From: Candidatus Moanibacter sp.
GTDB taxonomy: Bacteria > Verrucomicrobiota > Verrucomicrobiia > Opitutales > UBA2987
DNA: 64,000 nt
Direction of reading: 5' to 3'
Assembly (NCBI GenBank): GCA_965215885.1
Contig: CBDCEW010000105.1
Location: forward strand, 352,001-416,000
The notes below the pieces were generated by a model. The model made no database searches and had not been told where the DNA came from. It worked only from the letters and a program-made list of their open reading frames with translations. Made by a program: the position numbers and the translations under genes. Numbering within the stretch: position 1 is the first letter of the stretch; the number at the start of each line of letters is the position of its first letter. Positions 20,352 through 31,589 of this stretch are shown here, piece after piece.

Positions 20352-20924
20352 ATGATCAACCTGGTTGAAGGGGCGGGAGTATTCATCTGGCCGCTGGGGA
20401 TATGCTCATTCCTGGCGGTTTTTATTATTGTGGAACGGCTCATCGCCCTCAGACCAAGCAGAGTAATCCCCAGGGAACTGATAGAGAGCTTTATCGAAGG
20501 AGAGATTCCTGAAACCGTGAATGAATCCGTCGGTGGAAGGATTCTGGAGTTTTACTCCCGGCACGATCGCGATCCTGAGCAGCTCAAAGCCTTTGCACGT
20601 CTCGAAGTTTCGCGGATGGAACGCGGATTGTTCATTCTGGAAATCGTCATCAGCGCGGCTCCCCTAATTGGACTGTTGGGCACTGTTACCGGGCTGATCA
20701 AGGTCTTCGCCAATATCTCCCCTGAGACGGGAATGCCTGACCCCGCTTCTTTCATCGAAGGAATTGCCCTCGCTCTTACTACCACCATGATCGGTCTCTC
20801 GATTGCTATTCCGGCTCTTGTCGGAAATAGCTTTTTGATTCGACGTGTCGATACTCTCGCCGCCCGCCTCGATGTGGGGGTAGAGAGACTGATCGATCTT
20901 AGAAAAATCAATACCGAAGCATGA
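20352..20924 (+). CDS. exbB: MotA/TolQ/ExbB proton channel protein
   Basis: APLIGLLGTVTGLI, GIALALTTTMIGL. Confidence 0.88.
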   Translation: MINLVEGAGVFIWPLGICSFLAVFIIVERLIALRPSRVIPRELIESFIEGEIPETVNESVGGRILEFYSRHDRDPEQLKAFARLEVSRMERGLFILEIVISAAPLIGLLGTVTGLIKVFANISPETGMPDPASFIEGIALALTTTMIGLSIAIPALVGNSFLIRRVDTLAARLDVGVERLIDLRKINTEA

Positions 20925-21319
20925 GTCTGGTCGACAGACCCCGTCGAAGGAGAGTGGAAATCAATATTGTTCCGCTTGTCGATGTCCTCACCGTCCTGAT
21001 TTTCTTTTTTCTTGTCTCTATGCAGTTTCGTAATGTCACCACGCTCAACCTGATTCTACCGAAAATAGAAACGGCAGGTAGAAACAGGGTCGTTGAACAA
21101 TTGGAGATTGCCGTGGATGCCGAGGGAAATCTTTACCATGGAGGTACCCCCGTTACAAAAGAGAAACTCGAGGCCGCTGTCAGATTTCAGGCTGAGGTCG
21201 ATAGAGACATTCCAGTCCTGGTTTTAGCCGACGAGGAGACTTATCTAAAGAATGTTACTTTTATTATGGACACGTGCCGCGCCGCCGGTCTTGAGAAAAT
21301 CCGGCTCCAATCCCGCTAG
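20921..21319 (+). CDS. exbD: ExbD/TolR protein
   Basis: EINIVPLVDVLTVLIFFF; ATGA overlap with exbB. Confidence 0.9.
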   Translation: MSLVDRPRRRRVEINIVPLVDVLTVLIFFFLVSMQFRNVTTLNLILPKIETAGRNRVVEQLEIAVDAEGNLYHGGTPVTKEKLEAAVRFQAEVDRDIPVLVLADEETYLKNVTFIMDTCRAAGLEKIRLQSR

Positions 21320-21504
21320 CCCGGACATTTCACACACTTCGTAGTGAGACTGTCCCGGCGCGCCGGGACTGCGTATCAGTGCCTTTCCGCAGCACGGCGG
21401 GCGACAGCGTGTTGAAACCCTCTGAGGTCGCCGGACAAGGGAAGGCTTTGAGACGCAGTGACATCCGCGGTCGTAGCAGAAGATTTGTGAAATGTTCGGG
21501 CTAG
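21316..21504. repeat. CTAG-bounded ~190-bp rod-like inverted-repeat element (MITE-like)
   Basis: CTAGCCCGGACATTTCACA / TGTGAAATGTTCGGGCTAG ends (18/19); inner stems ACTGCGTATCA/TGAGACGCAGT, GCCTTTCC/GGGAAGGC, GGCGAC/GTCGCC. Confidence 0.7.
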
Positions 21505-21581
21505 GAATCTGTCGGAGTTAGCTTTTGGAATGAATCCGAGTAACTCCTCCGAAAGAGGCATAGAGTCCGACGGGTTAGTAC
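21501..21581. repeat. CTAG-family MITE copy, degenerate right end
   Basis: CTAGGAATCTGTCGGA...GAGTAACTCCTCCGAAAGAGGCATAGAGTCCGAC; core shared with 30749-30816 and 51027-51094. Confidence 0.75.
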
Positions 21582-21614
21582 CCGTAGAGGTAAGTCCGCC
21601 GCCATCCAGTCCCG

Positions 21615-22808
21615 TCAGGGTAGGGCGTAGGAAAATTCCACAACCGGATCGACATCGGCATCGTAGTCGACACCGTCGAGGCCGAATCCAAAGAGGCGCA
21701 GGAATTCGCTCTGATAGCCCGCGTAATCCGACATTTCATCGAGATTTTCGGAATTGACCTGATGCCAGTATTCCTTGGCCGCTCTTTGCACATCTTCCCG
21801 CATCTCCAGATCGTCGATGCGAATGCGTCCGTTGGCATCAAGTTTGGGACCACCTGCCGTATAGAGATGATCGTGAAAGAGACGATATATCTGCTCGGTG
21901 CATCCCTCGTTGATACCCTTTTCTTTCATTACTTTGAGCAGAATCGACATATAGAGGGGTACGACCGGGATAGCCGAACTGGCATGGGTCACTACGCCTT
22001 TATTGATAGATACGAATGCCCTGCCGTTTCCGTTTAGCATCCCATTTATCCTTCCAGCGGATTCCTCGAGATGCTCTTTGGCCAACCCGATTGTCCCATT
22101 TTTGTAAATTGGCCAGGTAACCTCCGGTCCAACGTAAGAATAAGCCACCGTCGTGCACCCATTCGCGAGGACACCCGCTTTGACGAGGGCTTCGACCCAC
22201 ATCTCCCAATCCTCGCCTCCCATTACGCCCAGTGTACCGCGAATCTCTTCTTCCATCGCGGGTTGTGTGGTTACCTCCCTGATCTCCTTTCGATCCGTGT
22301 CCAGACTCTTGCTTGTAAAGGGATTTCCTACCGGTTTCAGCGCCGACTTGAGCACTTCTCCGGTCTTTGGATGTGTCCTTCTCGGTGCCGCCAGACAATG
22401 AATAAGGAGGTCGATCGATCCGAGATCCTCTTTAATCGTTTCAACCGCCTTATTTTTTATCTCGTCGGAGAAAGCATCTCCCACAACGCTTTTTGCGTAA
22501 ATTCCCTCCTGATGGGCGGAGCGCTCAAATGCTACGGAATTGTACCATCCCGGGGAGGCAGTTCTTCCCCTTTCCGATGGCCTCTCAAGAAAGACGCCGA
22601 ATGTGGCCCCGCCGCAACCGAACGCGCTCACAATTCGAGTGGACAGTCCGTATCCGGTCGATGCCCCGATGATGAGGGCTTTTTTCGGGCCCCCGCTGAT
22701 TGAGCCAGCCGACTTCACGGCGGCAATCTGCTCGTTCACATTCGCCGCACATCCGGCTGGATGCGCGGTGACACAAATGAATCCTCTGATTCGCGGCTTT
22801 ATGATCAT
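21615..22808 (-). CDS. fabV: Enoyl-ACP reductase FabV / trans-2-enoyl-CoA reductase
   Basis: MIIKPRIRGFICVTAHPAGC, IGASTGYGL, VMGGEDW, YKNGTIGLAK. Confidence 0.93.
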   Translation of the reverse strand: MIIKPRIRGFICVTAHPAGCAANVNEQIAAVKSAGSISGGPKKALIIGASTGYGLSTRIVSAFGCGGATFGVFLERPSERGRTASPGWYNSVAFERSAHQEGIYAKSVVGDAFSDEIKNKAVETIKEDLGSIDLLIHCLAAPRRTHPKTGEVLKSALKPVGNPFTSKSLDTDRKEIREVTTQPAMEEEIRGTLGVMGGEDWEMWVEALVKAGVLANGCTTVAYSYVGPEVTWPIYKNGTIGLAKEHLEESAGRINGMLNGNGRAFVSINKGVVTHASSAIPVVPLYMSILLKVMKEKGINEGCTEQIYRLFHDHLYTAGGPKLDANGRIRIDDLEMREDVQRAAKEYWHQVNSENLDEMSDYAGYQSEFLRLFGFGLDGVDYDADVDPVVEFSYALP

Positions 22809-22981
22809 TATGCCTTCAATCTGTGGGATTTACAGTGAGGCGTAAACTCGAAATAGCTTGCTTCGAGCTGATTATCACTTTGTTTTCTCAATAGTTGGGC
22901 CCTTGGGATAGAGGACTCTTCCATATCCGGGAGCCCAAGTTGTCTTTTCGAGTCTAGCAACCCCTTTTTGAAAGTTATCGG

Positions 22982-24280
22982 ATGAATCCTCTGAGGTGGA
23001 AATTGCATTGGCAGATACTGTCGGCGCTCGGATTGGCGCTCATTATTTCGGTGATTGTTAAAGGGGCCTCGCTCGAGGGGAGCGGGTTTGCGGCGGGTCT
23101 GCTATCGACATGCGAATTTCTGGGCAGGTTCTTCATGAATGCGTTGAAGATGATCGTGGTGCCGTTGATCGTCTCCTCGATAATCTGTGGCATCATGGGT
23201 CTCGGGTCGGAGCGCAGTTTCGGGCGTATGGGCATCAAAGTACTGCTTTACTACACAGTCACAGGTTTCCTGGCAATTGTGGTCGGTCTGCTTATGGTCA
23301 ACACGGTCAGGCCTGGGGTCGTGGAACGGGAACTGGCGGAGCAAATCCTCGGTCAGGCGCAGCATCCCGAGGAGTTCATGCACAAGGTCGAAGGCAGGGG
23401 CTCAACCGACATTGTGAATATCTTTTTGCGGATGGTTCCACCCAACATCATTGCGGCAGCTACCGATAACGGCCAGCTCCTGGGGTTAATCACATTCAGT
23501 CTATTCTTTGGATTCTTCATCAGCAAGCTTCCAGAAAAGCTGAGGGATTTTCAGCAAAGTCTGTGGGAGAGCGTGCAACAGGTGATGATGATGCTGACCG
23601 ATCTCATAATCCGATTCGCCCCGTTTGGTGTGTTTGGTCTGGTGACCCCGATACTGATACGGACTGGGTTCAGCGCATTCGAGCCGCTACTGTGGTTCTT
23701 CTTAACTGTTCTGGCGGGACTGGCCTTTCACATTTTCGTCAGCCTCGCGATCCTCTTGAAATTTGTCGGAAACGTTAGCCCCTTGCAGCACTACCGGGCG
23801 ATGGCCCCTGTTCTTCTGACCGCTTTCTCCACCGCCTCGTCGGCTTCGACACTACCTGTGACAATGGAGACGGTAGAGAAGAATGCGGGGGTGTCCGACC
23901 GGACGGCCAGTTTTACGCTACCTCTTGGAGCGACCGTGAATATGGATGGCACGGCGCTCTATGAATGCGTAGTAGTAATATTTATCGCCCAGATATATGG
24001 CGTTCTGCAGGGATTCGAGATAGGAATCGCGACTCAGTTTACAGTCCTTCTGCTGGCGCTTTTGACTTCGGTTGGGGTGGCTGGAATTCCGGCGGCGAGT
24101 CTGGTGGCGATCACCGTAATTCTGGGGGTTGTCGGGCTGCCCCTCGAGGCGGTGGGCTTGGTCTGGGTGACGGATCGCGTACTCGACATGTGCCGTACCT
24201 CGGTAAATGTTTTCAGCGACACGTGTGGGGCCGTAATCATCGGGAAATCAGAGGGGGAAAAGTCGATTTATTCGGGCTGA
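22982..24280 (+). CDS. Dicarboxylate/amino acid:cation symporter (GltP/DAACS family)
   Basis: [39 protein letters not shown]. Confidence 0.93.
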   Translation: MNPLRWKLHWQILSALGLALIISVIVKGASLEGSGFAAGLLSTCEFLGRFFMNALKMIVVPLIVSSIICGIMGLGSERSFGRMGIKVLLYYTVTGFLAIVVGLLMVNTVRPGVVERELAEQILGQAQHPEEFMHKVEGRGSTDIVNIFLRMVPPNIIAAATDNGQLLGLITFSLFFGFFISKLPEKLRDFQQSLWESVQQVMMMLTDLIIRFAPFGVFGLVTPILIRTGFSAFEPLLWFFLTVLAGLAFHIFVSLAILLKFVGNVSPLQHYRAMAPVLLTAFSTASSASTLPVTMETVEKNAGVSDRTASFTLPLGATVNMDGTALYECVVVIFIAQIYGVLQGFEIGIATQFTVLLLALLTSVGVAGIPAASLVAITVILGVVGLPLEAVGLVWVTDRVLDMCRTSVNVFSDTCGAVIIGKSEGEKSIYSG

Positions 24281-24368
24281 GACCGACCGTCTTCCGTCGT
24301 TTGTAAAGGCAGGCCGGGGAATTCGAACGGCCATCGACCGAACTTTCGGATTGATTGAGGGATGCACG

Positions 24369-26399
24369 ATGGAATTTAAGCTCCAAGCCGATTTCGTGCC
24401 AACCGGTGACCAACCGGAGGCCCTTGAAGAGTTGGTAGGCTCGGTGGAAAGAGGAAACCGGTACCAGACACTATTGGGAGTAACCGGGTCGGGCAAGACG
24501 TTCACGATGGCCAACGTGATTGAACGTTTGCAGCGACCGACCCTGGTAATTTCGCACAATAAAACCCTTGCGGCTCAGCTATATTCCGAGTTCCGAAACT
24601 ATTTCCCCGGCAATGCGGTGGAATATTTCGTGAGTTACTATGATTATTACCAGCCGGAAGCGTATATTCCGCAGACCGATACCTATATCGAGAAAGATTC
24701 CTCGATAAACGATGAGATCGAGCGCCTCCGCATTTCGGCAACGAGTGCCCTGATCAGCCGGCGCGATGTCATCGTGGTAGCAAGTGTTTCATGCATATAT
24801 GGCCTGGGGTCTCCGGAAGACTTCCGCGAGATGATGATTCCGCTACGGGTAGGCGAGGAGATAGGGCGAGATGAATTGCTGCGCCGGATGGTAGAAAATC
24901 TATATGAGCGCAACGATGTGAAGTTCTCCCGCGGACACTTCCGGGTTCGGGGGGAAATCGTCGATATATTTCCCGCCTATATGGAAAGTGCGATTCGATT
25001 GGAGTTCTGGGGTGATGAAATTGAGTCGATTCGCGAATTGGATCCACTGACCGGAAATACGGGTAACAAATTTGAAGCCTTTCAACTCTACCCGGCCAAT
25101 CAGTTCATCACGCCAAAACGCAGAGTGGAAAAGGCCTTGGACTGCATCCGCGAAGAGCTCGATGAACGTGTCTTGGAGTTTGAAAAGAATGAGCGATTGT
25201 TGGAAGCCCAGCGTATTCGCATGCGTACGGAATACGATCTCGAAATGCTGCGAGAGATGGGTTTCTGCAGTGGCATAGAGAATTACTCGCGCCACTTGTC
25301 CGGAAGAAGGCCCGGTGAGCGCCCGTGGTGCCTGATTGATTTTTTCCCTGAGGACTTTCTCTTAATCATCGACGAAAGTCATGCTACGGTGCCGCAGATC
25401 GGGGCGATGTATCGGGGGGATCGCTCGCGAAAGGAGAAGCTGGTGGAATTTGGATTTCGCTTGCCGAGCGCCTTGGACAACCGGCCCCTTAAGGCGGAGG
25501 AATTCCACGAGCTCACGGGGGTGACGATCTTTGCTTCAGCGACTCCCGCGGAGTATGAATTGAAGACGTCCAGTGTTATTGCTGAGCAGGTCATTCGGCC
25601 GACGGGACTGTTGGACCCACTAATGGAAGTTCGTCCCGCGCAAGGGCAGGTGGAGGACCTCATAGGGGAAGCGCGCAGAGCGGTGGCGGAAGGGGAGCGC
25701 GTTCTGGTGACGACTTTGACCAAGCGAATGGCGGAGGACCTTACACACTACTTGAGGGAACGGGAAGTTCGGGTGGAATATCTACATAGCGATATTGATG
25801 TGATTGAACGCATTGAGATCCTGCGAAATCTGAGAAGGGGCGACTTTGATGTCCTCGTCGGGATTAATCTCCTTCGTGAAGGGTTGGATCTTCCCGAAGT
25901 TGCCCTGGTAGCGATTCTGGATGCCGACAAAGAGGGATTTTTGCGAAGTTTAACGAGCTTGATCCAGACTGCGGGCCGGGCGGCAAGGCATGAAAAGGGA
26001 CGAGTAATACTATATGCCGATGTGATGACGGAGTCTCTTAAGTCGACCCTGAGAATCACGGACAACCGACGCAACAAGCAGATTATTTACAATCGTGAAC
26101 ATGGAATAACCCCAAAGGGGGTGAAAAGGGCGGTACAAGCCAGTCTGCATTATCATGACCGCAACGAAGATATCGATCCCGTCACCGTCTCTGAAGCGAG
26201 AGGGGATGAAGATGTGGCTGCCGTTATTGTGGAACTTGAGTCGGAAATGTTGGAAGCCGCAAACGGCCTCGAATTCGAGCGGGCTGCTCTATTGCGGGAC
26301 CAGATCGACGCTCTAAGGCGAGGCGACTTTGGGAAGACCGGTTCTCCCGCAAGAGGGAAGAGGAGAAGCTATGGTAGAGCTCGTTATCGGCGTAGGTGA
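24369..26399 (+). CDS. uvrB: Excinuclease ABC subunit B
   Basis: [41 protein letters not shown]-terminal UVR coil. Confidence 0.97.
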   Translation: MEFKLQADFVPTGDQPEALEELVGSVERGNRYQTLLGVTGSGKTFTMANVIERLQRPTLVISHNKTLAAQLYSEFRNYFPGNAVEYFVSYYDYYQPEAYIPQTDTYIEKDSSINDEIERLRISATSALISRRDVIVVASVSCIYGLGSPEDFREMMIPLRVGEEIGRDELLRRMVENLYERNDVKFSRGHFRVRGEIVDIFPAYMESAIRLEFWGDEIESIRELDPLTGNTGNKFEAFQLYPANQFITPKRRVEKALDCIREELDERVLEFEKNERLLEAQRIRMRTEYDLEMLREMGFCSGIENYSRHLSGRRPGERPWCLIDFFPEDFLLIIDESHATVPQIGAMYRGDRSRKEKLVEFGFRLPSALDNRPLKAEEFHELTGVTIFASATPAEYELKTSSVIAEQVIRPTGLLDPLMEVRPAQGQVEDLIGEARRAVAEGERVLVTTLTKRMAEDLTHYLREREVRVEYLHSDIDVIERIEILRNLRRGDFDVLVGINLLREGLDLPEVALVAILDADKEGFLRSLTSLIQTAGRAARHEKGRVILYADVMTESLKSTLRITDNRRNKQIIYNREHGITPKGVKRAVQASLHYHDRNEDIDPVTVSEARGDEDVAAVIVELESEMLEAANGLEFERAALLRDQIDALRRGDFGKTGSPARGKRRSYGRARYRRR

Positions 26400-26411
26400 G
26401 GGGCGAGTCGG

Positions 26412-26657
26412 TCACCCAACTTCACTTCCCACAGGAAGTTGACCGGGTTTGAGAAACGTCTTAATAAGCTCCCCTTCACCACAGACGGTTACACCCGGGA
26501 ATCTTTTGTGCCACTTTTCATCGGGTACATTCGGCTCGGAGTCGAGCCAGTCTGCAAGTAAACCCAATTGGTCTGCCGGGATTTCTCGCTCCTTGATGCG
26601 ATCGAGCAAATGGGTGAGCAAGGCGCGAGGAATGTTGTGGCGGCGGACCTTAGGCAT
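26412..26657 (-). CDS. Small hypothetical protein, putative toxin of a TA-like pair
   Basis: 81 aa MPKVRRHN...KWHKRFPGVTVCGEGELIKTFL; ATG overlaps the upstream gene's stop (ATGCCTAA). Confidence 0.6.
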   Translation of the reverse strand: MPKVRRHNIPRALLTHLLDRIKEREIPADQLGLLADWLDSEPNVPDEKWHKRFPGVTVCGEGELIKTFLKPGQLPVGSEVG

Positions 26658-26871
26658 CGTCCCCGGTCCCGTAGAACCCACGGACGATCGCCTCGCGAAC
26701 TACGGCAGCTTCCCTCGCGTCACTGCACTTCGTCATCTGCTCCGCCAGCGCCGACAGTTCGTCACTTGTCAGCCTGCGTTCGGCGTCCAGCTTATACGCG
26801 AAGCGAATCACCTCTGCCTGTTCTTCCGGAGGCAGCCTTTGAATCTCTGCGATGATCTGCGTCAACGTCAT
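26650..26871 (-). CDS. Small hypothetical protein, putative antitoxin
   Basis: 73 aa; MTLTQIIAEIQRLPPEEQAEVIRF resembles the N-termini of small addiction-module partners. Confidence 0.6.
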   Translation of the reverse strand: MTLTQIIAEIQRLPPEEQAEVIRFAYKLDAERRLTSDELSALAEQMTKCSDAREAAVVREAIVRGFYGTGDDA

Positions 26872-26881
26872 AGTAATTCAT

Positions 26882-26911
26882 ATCTTACCTGACACACAAG
26901 CTTTGCGTCAA
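26882..26911 (-). promoter_or_regulatory. Sigma-70-type promoter with overlapping imperfect palindrome
   Basis: Minus strand TTGACG-N18-TAAGAT ending 10 nt before ATG 26871; TGACACA-N7-TGCGTCA at 26890-26910. Confidence 0.55.
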
Positions 26912-27001
26912 GCTCGCAGCACCTGACCACTTGGAGAGATGTCTCCGCAGCCCTGAATCCTGACACCCTAAGCCTATAGAACAACAGTCGAAAGCGAAAA
27001 G

Positions 27002-27877
27002 TCAGCCTTGGTAGATCGTGAAAAGAGCTTCCGCGATGGAGGAGGGAGTTTCCGCGACTGCGATATCAGCCTTGCGTAGAGCCTTTATCTTCGCCTCCGC
27101 CGTGCCGCTTCCACCGGATACTATTGCTCCCGCATGACCCATGCGGCGTCCTGGAGGGGCGGTCATGCCCGCGATAAATGCCGCCACCGGTTTTCGCACA
27201 GATTCCTTGATGAATTGCGCGGCTTCCTCTTCAGCGGTACCGCCGATTTCACCGATCATGATAATCGCTTCGGTATCGGGATCTGCGTTGAATGCTTTTA
27301 CGGCGTCAAGGTGAGTTGTCCCTACGACCGGATCCCCGCCGATACCGATACAGGTGCTCTGCCCGTGACCACGGGAAGTGAGTTGCCAAACAGCTTCATA
27401 AGTCAGTGTACCCGAGCGAGATATGACCCCAACTTTTCCGGGTTTGTGGATATATCCGGGCATGATGCCCATTTTACATGCTCCCGGTGTAATGATACCG
27501 GGGCAGTTGGGACCGATGAGCCGGGAATTGCTTTGCCCCAACTTCGCTTTCACGGCAGTCATATCGCGGACCGGGATTCCTTCGGTTATGCAAACGATGA
27601 GTTCGATTCCCGAGTCGATCGCTTCGAGGATTGAATCAGCGGCGAAGGGAGGCGGCACAAAGATGAGTGAAGCGTTTGCCTGCTCCATGGCAACCGCATC
27701 ACTGACACTGTCGAAGACGGGCACCTTGTCTTCAAACTTCTGCCCGCCTTTTCCTGGAGTGACACCGGCAACAATCGTAGGGGCGTATTCCATACATTGG
27801 TGCGCATGAAAGCCTCCCGCCTTGCCGGTAATGCCTTGGACGACGATTCTTGTTTCTCTATTTACAAAGATGCTCAT
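27002..27877 (-). CDS. sucD: Succinyl-CoA synthetase alpha subunit
   Basis: [32 protein letters not shown]. Confidence 0.97.
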   Translation of the reverse strand: MSIFVNRETRIVVQGITGKAGGFHAHQCMEYAPTIVAGVTPGKGGQKFEDKVPVFDSVSDAVAMEQANASLIFVPPPFAADSILEAIDSGIELIVCITEGIPVRDMTAVKAKLGQSNSRLIGPNCPGIITPGACKMGIMPGYIHKPGKVGVISRSGTLTYEAVWQLTSRGHGQSTCIGIGGDPVVGTTHLDAVKAFNADPDTEAIIMIGEIGGTAEEEAAQFIKESVRKPVAAFIAGMTAPPGRRMGHAGAIVSGGSGTAEAKIKALRKADIAVAETPSSIAEALFTIYQG

Positions 27878-27906
27878 GGGAGGGGTCCTCCTACTCCCGC
27901 TCAGCG

Positions 27907-29487
27907 CATACGCGTAAACCTTATTTTCGCAACTTAGTCAGATTCAAAGACTTGCGAGGTATTTTGCGGCGGAGTATGAGGGTGTCTCTATCCTCGAGGT
28001 TCCACTCCATTTGTTCGCCCTTTTCTATTTGCTTCGTTTCGACCACAGCGGTGAGGAAATTCGCAGTTGAGCGAGTGCATTTTGGCCGGGTTATCTTCTC
28101 TACTTTTACCGTCTACCCCATTTTTTTTCACTTTGGCAGCATTTTATACTGTACATTCATTCATATATAGGATTTATCCTTCGGATGCAAAGTATAAAAA
28201 AAGCTGATTGTATCCGTCAAACCTTCCGTAAGTTGAACCTCACAGCCCTCGCTAAACAGAGTGGTTTTAGAGAGAGGAAATCGCGCAAGATCTCCCCTCT
28301 GAACTTTGTTTTGGCTTTGCTGGCGATGGCTTCTAAGGGGGCCTTGTCCCTTGGCAAAGAAGCCGAGCTTATTGGATTCTTAGCCAACCGCACCATTTCC
28401 AGACAAGCGGTCCAAAAGTGCGCCAAAAAAGCCACCGCTTTTATGACCTTAGTGCTCCTGAGGCTTTTAGAACTTAAAGCTTATGGGCCTGTGGGCAGAG
28501 CTGTTCCAAATTGCATGAGGAGCTTTGAACGGGTTCTCATTGCCGACAGCACCGATTGGCTTGCCTAAGGTCCCTGGCCCCCTTCTTCCCCGGAGGTCCA
28601 ATCAGACAGGCTCCAAACAGGCTCAACTGAAGATTCAGGCCTATTACGATCTGCGCAATGAATCCTTCGTTGACTTCAGCCTCAGTAGCTTCCGAAAAAA
28701 CGATCAGGCTGCTTCCAAAGACATTCTGCTCTCGCTCAACCCAACGACTTGATCCTGCGCGACTTAGGCTATTTTGTCCTCGATGTCTTTAAGCAACTCG
28801 ATCAGCGCGGCTGCCTTTGTGAGTCGTTTGACCGGCACTTGCCTTTTAGCCAACGAAGGCGATGAAGAGCTCGATCTACGCAAACTTTTACGTGGCCAAA
28901 AGCTTCTCGATATGCCCGTTCGGGTGGGTAAAAAAGCCAAGCTTCCGGTTCGTCTGATCGCCGTCAAACTCCCTCAGAAGGTGGCCCATAAACGCCGCCG
29001 CGAGCATAGACAAAACCGCGACAATAGACTTCGATATACCAGCCGCACCATTCCTTCTCGGTTTCCAAATCTTTATTACCAACCTCCATCAGAAAGACTT
29101 TAGCCCTAAGCAGATTCTGAGCTTTTACGGGCTTCGCTGGCGCATCCTTTAAGGCCTTTAAGCAACATCTTAATCCGCAGGTCAGACTACTCCCTACCAG
29201 GTTGAGCTTCTTATCTACGCCCGTCTCATCCTCATTACCCACTTACTCAACTTCGTCTATGGTCCCCTTAGACACTATTCGAATACCAGTTTGTCCTCTC
29301 CTCTGAGTATCCTTAAATTCTCCTACTGGTTTGGCTTCTTTGCTCCCTACTTCTTCATCCTCTCTCACCTTCCCAAAGATCAGATCATCCCCCGATGGCT
29401 CAAACAAATCCCCAAACACTGCACCTATGAAAAGCGTTCTCGTCTTGATTTCCTCTCTTGTTTCTTCTCCTTAGGTTAACGCAAATG
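27907..29487 (+). mobile_element. Decayed IS4-family element between sucC and sucD
   Basis: Ends CATACGCGTAAACCTTA / TTAGGTTAACGCAAATG (13/17 IR, CAT..ATG termini); near-perfect 9-bp duplication CGCTCAGCG / CGCGCAGCG. Confidence 0.82.
28185..29479 (+). pseudogene. Multiply frameshifted IS4 transposase
   Basis: Fragments in different frames: RVLIADST, LKIQAYYDL, LILRDLGYF, VRLIAVKLP, and YGLRWRI|FKAFKQH with the catalytic Glu segment missing. Confidence 0.85.
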
Positions 29488-29527
29488 CGCGCAGCGGGAG
29501 TAGGACGATGTATGAGTGTGAGAATTG

Positions 29528-30715
29528 CTAGGCATTTCTGGCGAGGGCGACGATCCTTTCGGCCGCCTCGCTTAAGCTGTCCACAGAAGTGATGGTTAAT
29601 CCACTTTCGGCGAGAAGAGTCTTTCCTTGATCGACGTGTGTGCCTTCGAGACGTACAACAAGGGGAACTGAGATTTTGACTGCGTTGGCGGCCGCGATAA
29701 TTCCTTTTGCAATGATATCACAGTGCATGATACCGCCGAAAATGTTTACGAGGATGCCCTTCACTTTGGGGTCACTAAGTATGATTTCAAATGCCTTGGT
29801 GACTTGCTTTTCATCTGCACTGCCGCCGACATCCAGGAAATTTGCCGGATTTCCGCCAAAGTGTTTTATGATATCCATAGTAGCCATGGCGAGACCCGCT
29901 CCGTTTACCAGGCAAGCGATGTTTCCATCAAGGGCGATATAGCTGAGGGAATATTTCGAGGCCTCGATTTCTTTGGGGTCTTCTTCATTGAGGTCGCGCA
30001 GCTCCACAATATCAGGGTGCCGGTAAAGCGCGTTTTCGTCGAAACTGACCTTCGCATCGAGCGCCTCAATGTCTCCCTCTCGGGTCGTAATGAGGGGGTT
30101 GATCTCAACCATTGAGGCGTCTTTTTCGCAAAACAACCGATGGAGAGCCTGAAGGATCACAACCATTTGCTTGAAGACGCTTCCCGCAAACCCCAATCCG
30201 AAAGCTACCTTGCGAGCCTGGAAAGGTTGGAGGCCCATGACGGGGTCGATGAAGACTTTAACGATCTTTTCCGGAGACTCTTGGGCGACTTTTTCGATTT
30301 CGACTCCGCCTTCCGTAGACGCGATAATAACAGGTTGAGAAGTGGCTCGATCGAGCAATATTGCCAGGTAGTACTCCTTTTCAATCTGGCTGACCGCGTT
30401 GAAATACACCGTCTGGACCTTCCTCCCCGACGGTCCGGTCTGGTGAGTAACGAGAGTATTCCCGAGCATGCGGCGGGCACTGGCAAGGGCTTCTCCATGG
30501 GAAGGAGCTACGACTACGCCCCCCTTAACCCCGTCCACAAAGGTCCCTTTCCCTCTACCGCCGGCGTGAATTTGGGCTTTGACGACGACCGGTCCATCGG
30601 CGAATTCCTGAAGGGCGGTTTCGAAGTCTTCTTCACTTCGGACGGCGATTCCCTTCGGTACCGGGATACCGTAATCTTGAAAGAGCTGTTTTGCCTGATA
30701 TTCGTGTATATTCAC
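29528..30715 (-). CDS. sucC: Succinyl-CoA synthetase beta subunit
   Basis: [41 protein letters not shown] start. Confidence 0.97.
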   Translation of the reverse strand: MNIHEYQAKQLFQDYGIPVPKGIAVRSEEDFETALQEFADGPVVVKAQIHAGGRGKGTFVDGVKGGVVVAPSHGEALASARRMLGNTLVTHQTGPSGRKVQTVYFNAVSQIEKEYYLAILLDRATSQPVIIASTEGGVEIEKVAQESPEKIVKVFIDPVMGLQPFQARKVAFGLGFAGSVFKQMVVILQALHRLFCEKDASMVEINPLITTREGDIEALDAKVSFDENALYRHPDIVELRDLNEEDPKEIEASKYSLSYIALDGNIACLVNGAGLAMATMDIIKHFGGNPANFLDVGGSADEKQVTKAFEIILSDPKVKGILVNIFGGIMHCDIIAKGIIAAANAVKISVPLVVRLEGTHVDQGKTLLAESGLTITSVDSLSEAAERIVALARNA

Positions 30716-30716
30716 T

Positions 30717-30816
30717 CTAGGAATCTGTCGGTCTTAGCATTTCTAACTCTAGCAGCCTGTCGGAATGAAAACGAGTAATATCTTCGAAAGAGGCATAAAG
30801 TCCGACAGGCTGCTAG
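30717..30816. repeat. Compound CTAG-family MITE filling the rph-sucC intergenic space
   Basis: Extra left end CTAGGAATCTGTCGG at 30717, then a 68-bp unit 30749-30816 with perfect IR CTAGCAGCCTGTCGGA / TCCGACAGGCTGCTAG. Confidence 0.85.
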
Positions 30817-31589
30817 GTTAAAACCTCGATATCTCCAGTTTCAGCACTTTTCGAAACGGGGGTTACGATGTTGTTCTGCATTTCGGTAATCTCCGATATT
30901 CCTTTCCGGGCGAGAGAAAGGATAGATTCGAGCTGTCTTTGAGAGAATGTTCCCTCTTCGCCGGATCCTTGAAGTTCGACAAACTCCAGGCTACCGCTCA
31001 TAACGACATTGAAATCGACGGATGCGACCTTGTCTTCGGCATAGTTGAGGTCGAGGATTTCAGTGCCGTCGCAGATCCCGACACTGACCGCGGCTATTGA
31101 GTCGAGGAATGGATTTTCTTTGAGTGCTCCTGAGCGGATCAGGTTGTCGACTGCCAATCTTGCCGCTACGTAGGCACCGGTGATAGAGACGGTGCGCGTC
31201 CCTCCGTCGGCTTGGAGGACATCGCAGTCTAACCAAAGTGTAGATGCCGGGAGTTTCCTAAGATCTGCGACGGCGCGCAACGATCTACCGATCAACCGCT
31301 GAATTTCAATTGTTCTTCCGTCAATTTTTCCGCGTGTGCTGTCACGGGCCTTCCTATACAGTGTGCTGTATGGCAGCATCGAGTATTCCGCTGTAATCCA
31401 TCCTCCATTGACGCCTTGCTGAGTCATCCACCTGGGAACCCTCTTTTCAAAGGTGACGGCGCAGATCACCCTTGTATTTCCAAAGCTCGCGAGTACTGCT
31501 CCGGCGGCGTAGGGGGCGATACCGGTCTCGAATTTAACATTGCGGAGTTCGCCGGTCTTGCGGCAATCAAGTCGTTGAAACTCGCTCAT
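30813..31589 (-). CDS. rph: Ribonuclease PH
   Basis: GWITAEYSMLP, GRTIEIQRLIGRSLR, DVLQADGGTR. Confidence 0.95.
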   Translation of the reverse strand: MSEFQRLDCRKTGELRNVKFETGIAPYAAGAVLASFGNTRVICAVTFEKRVPRWMTQQGVNGGWITAEYSMLPYSTLYRKARDSTRGKIDGRTIEIQRLIGRSLRAVADLRKLPASTLWLDCDVLQADGGTRTVSITGAYVAARLAVDNLIRSGALKENPFLDSIAAVSVGICDGTEILDLNYAEDKVASVDFNVVMSGSLEFVELQGSGEEGTFSQRQLESILSLARKGISEITEMQNNIVTPVSKSAETGDIEVLT

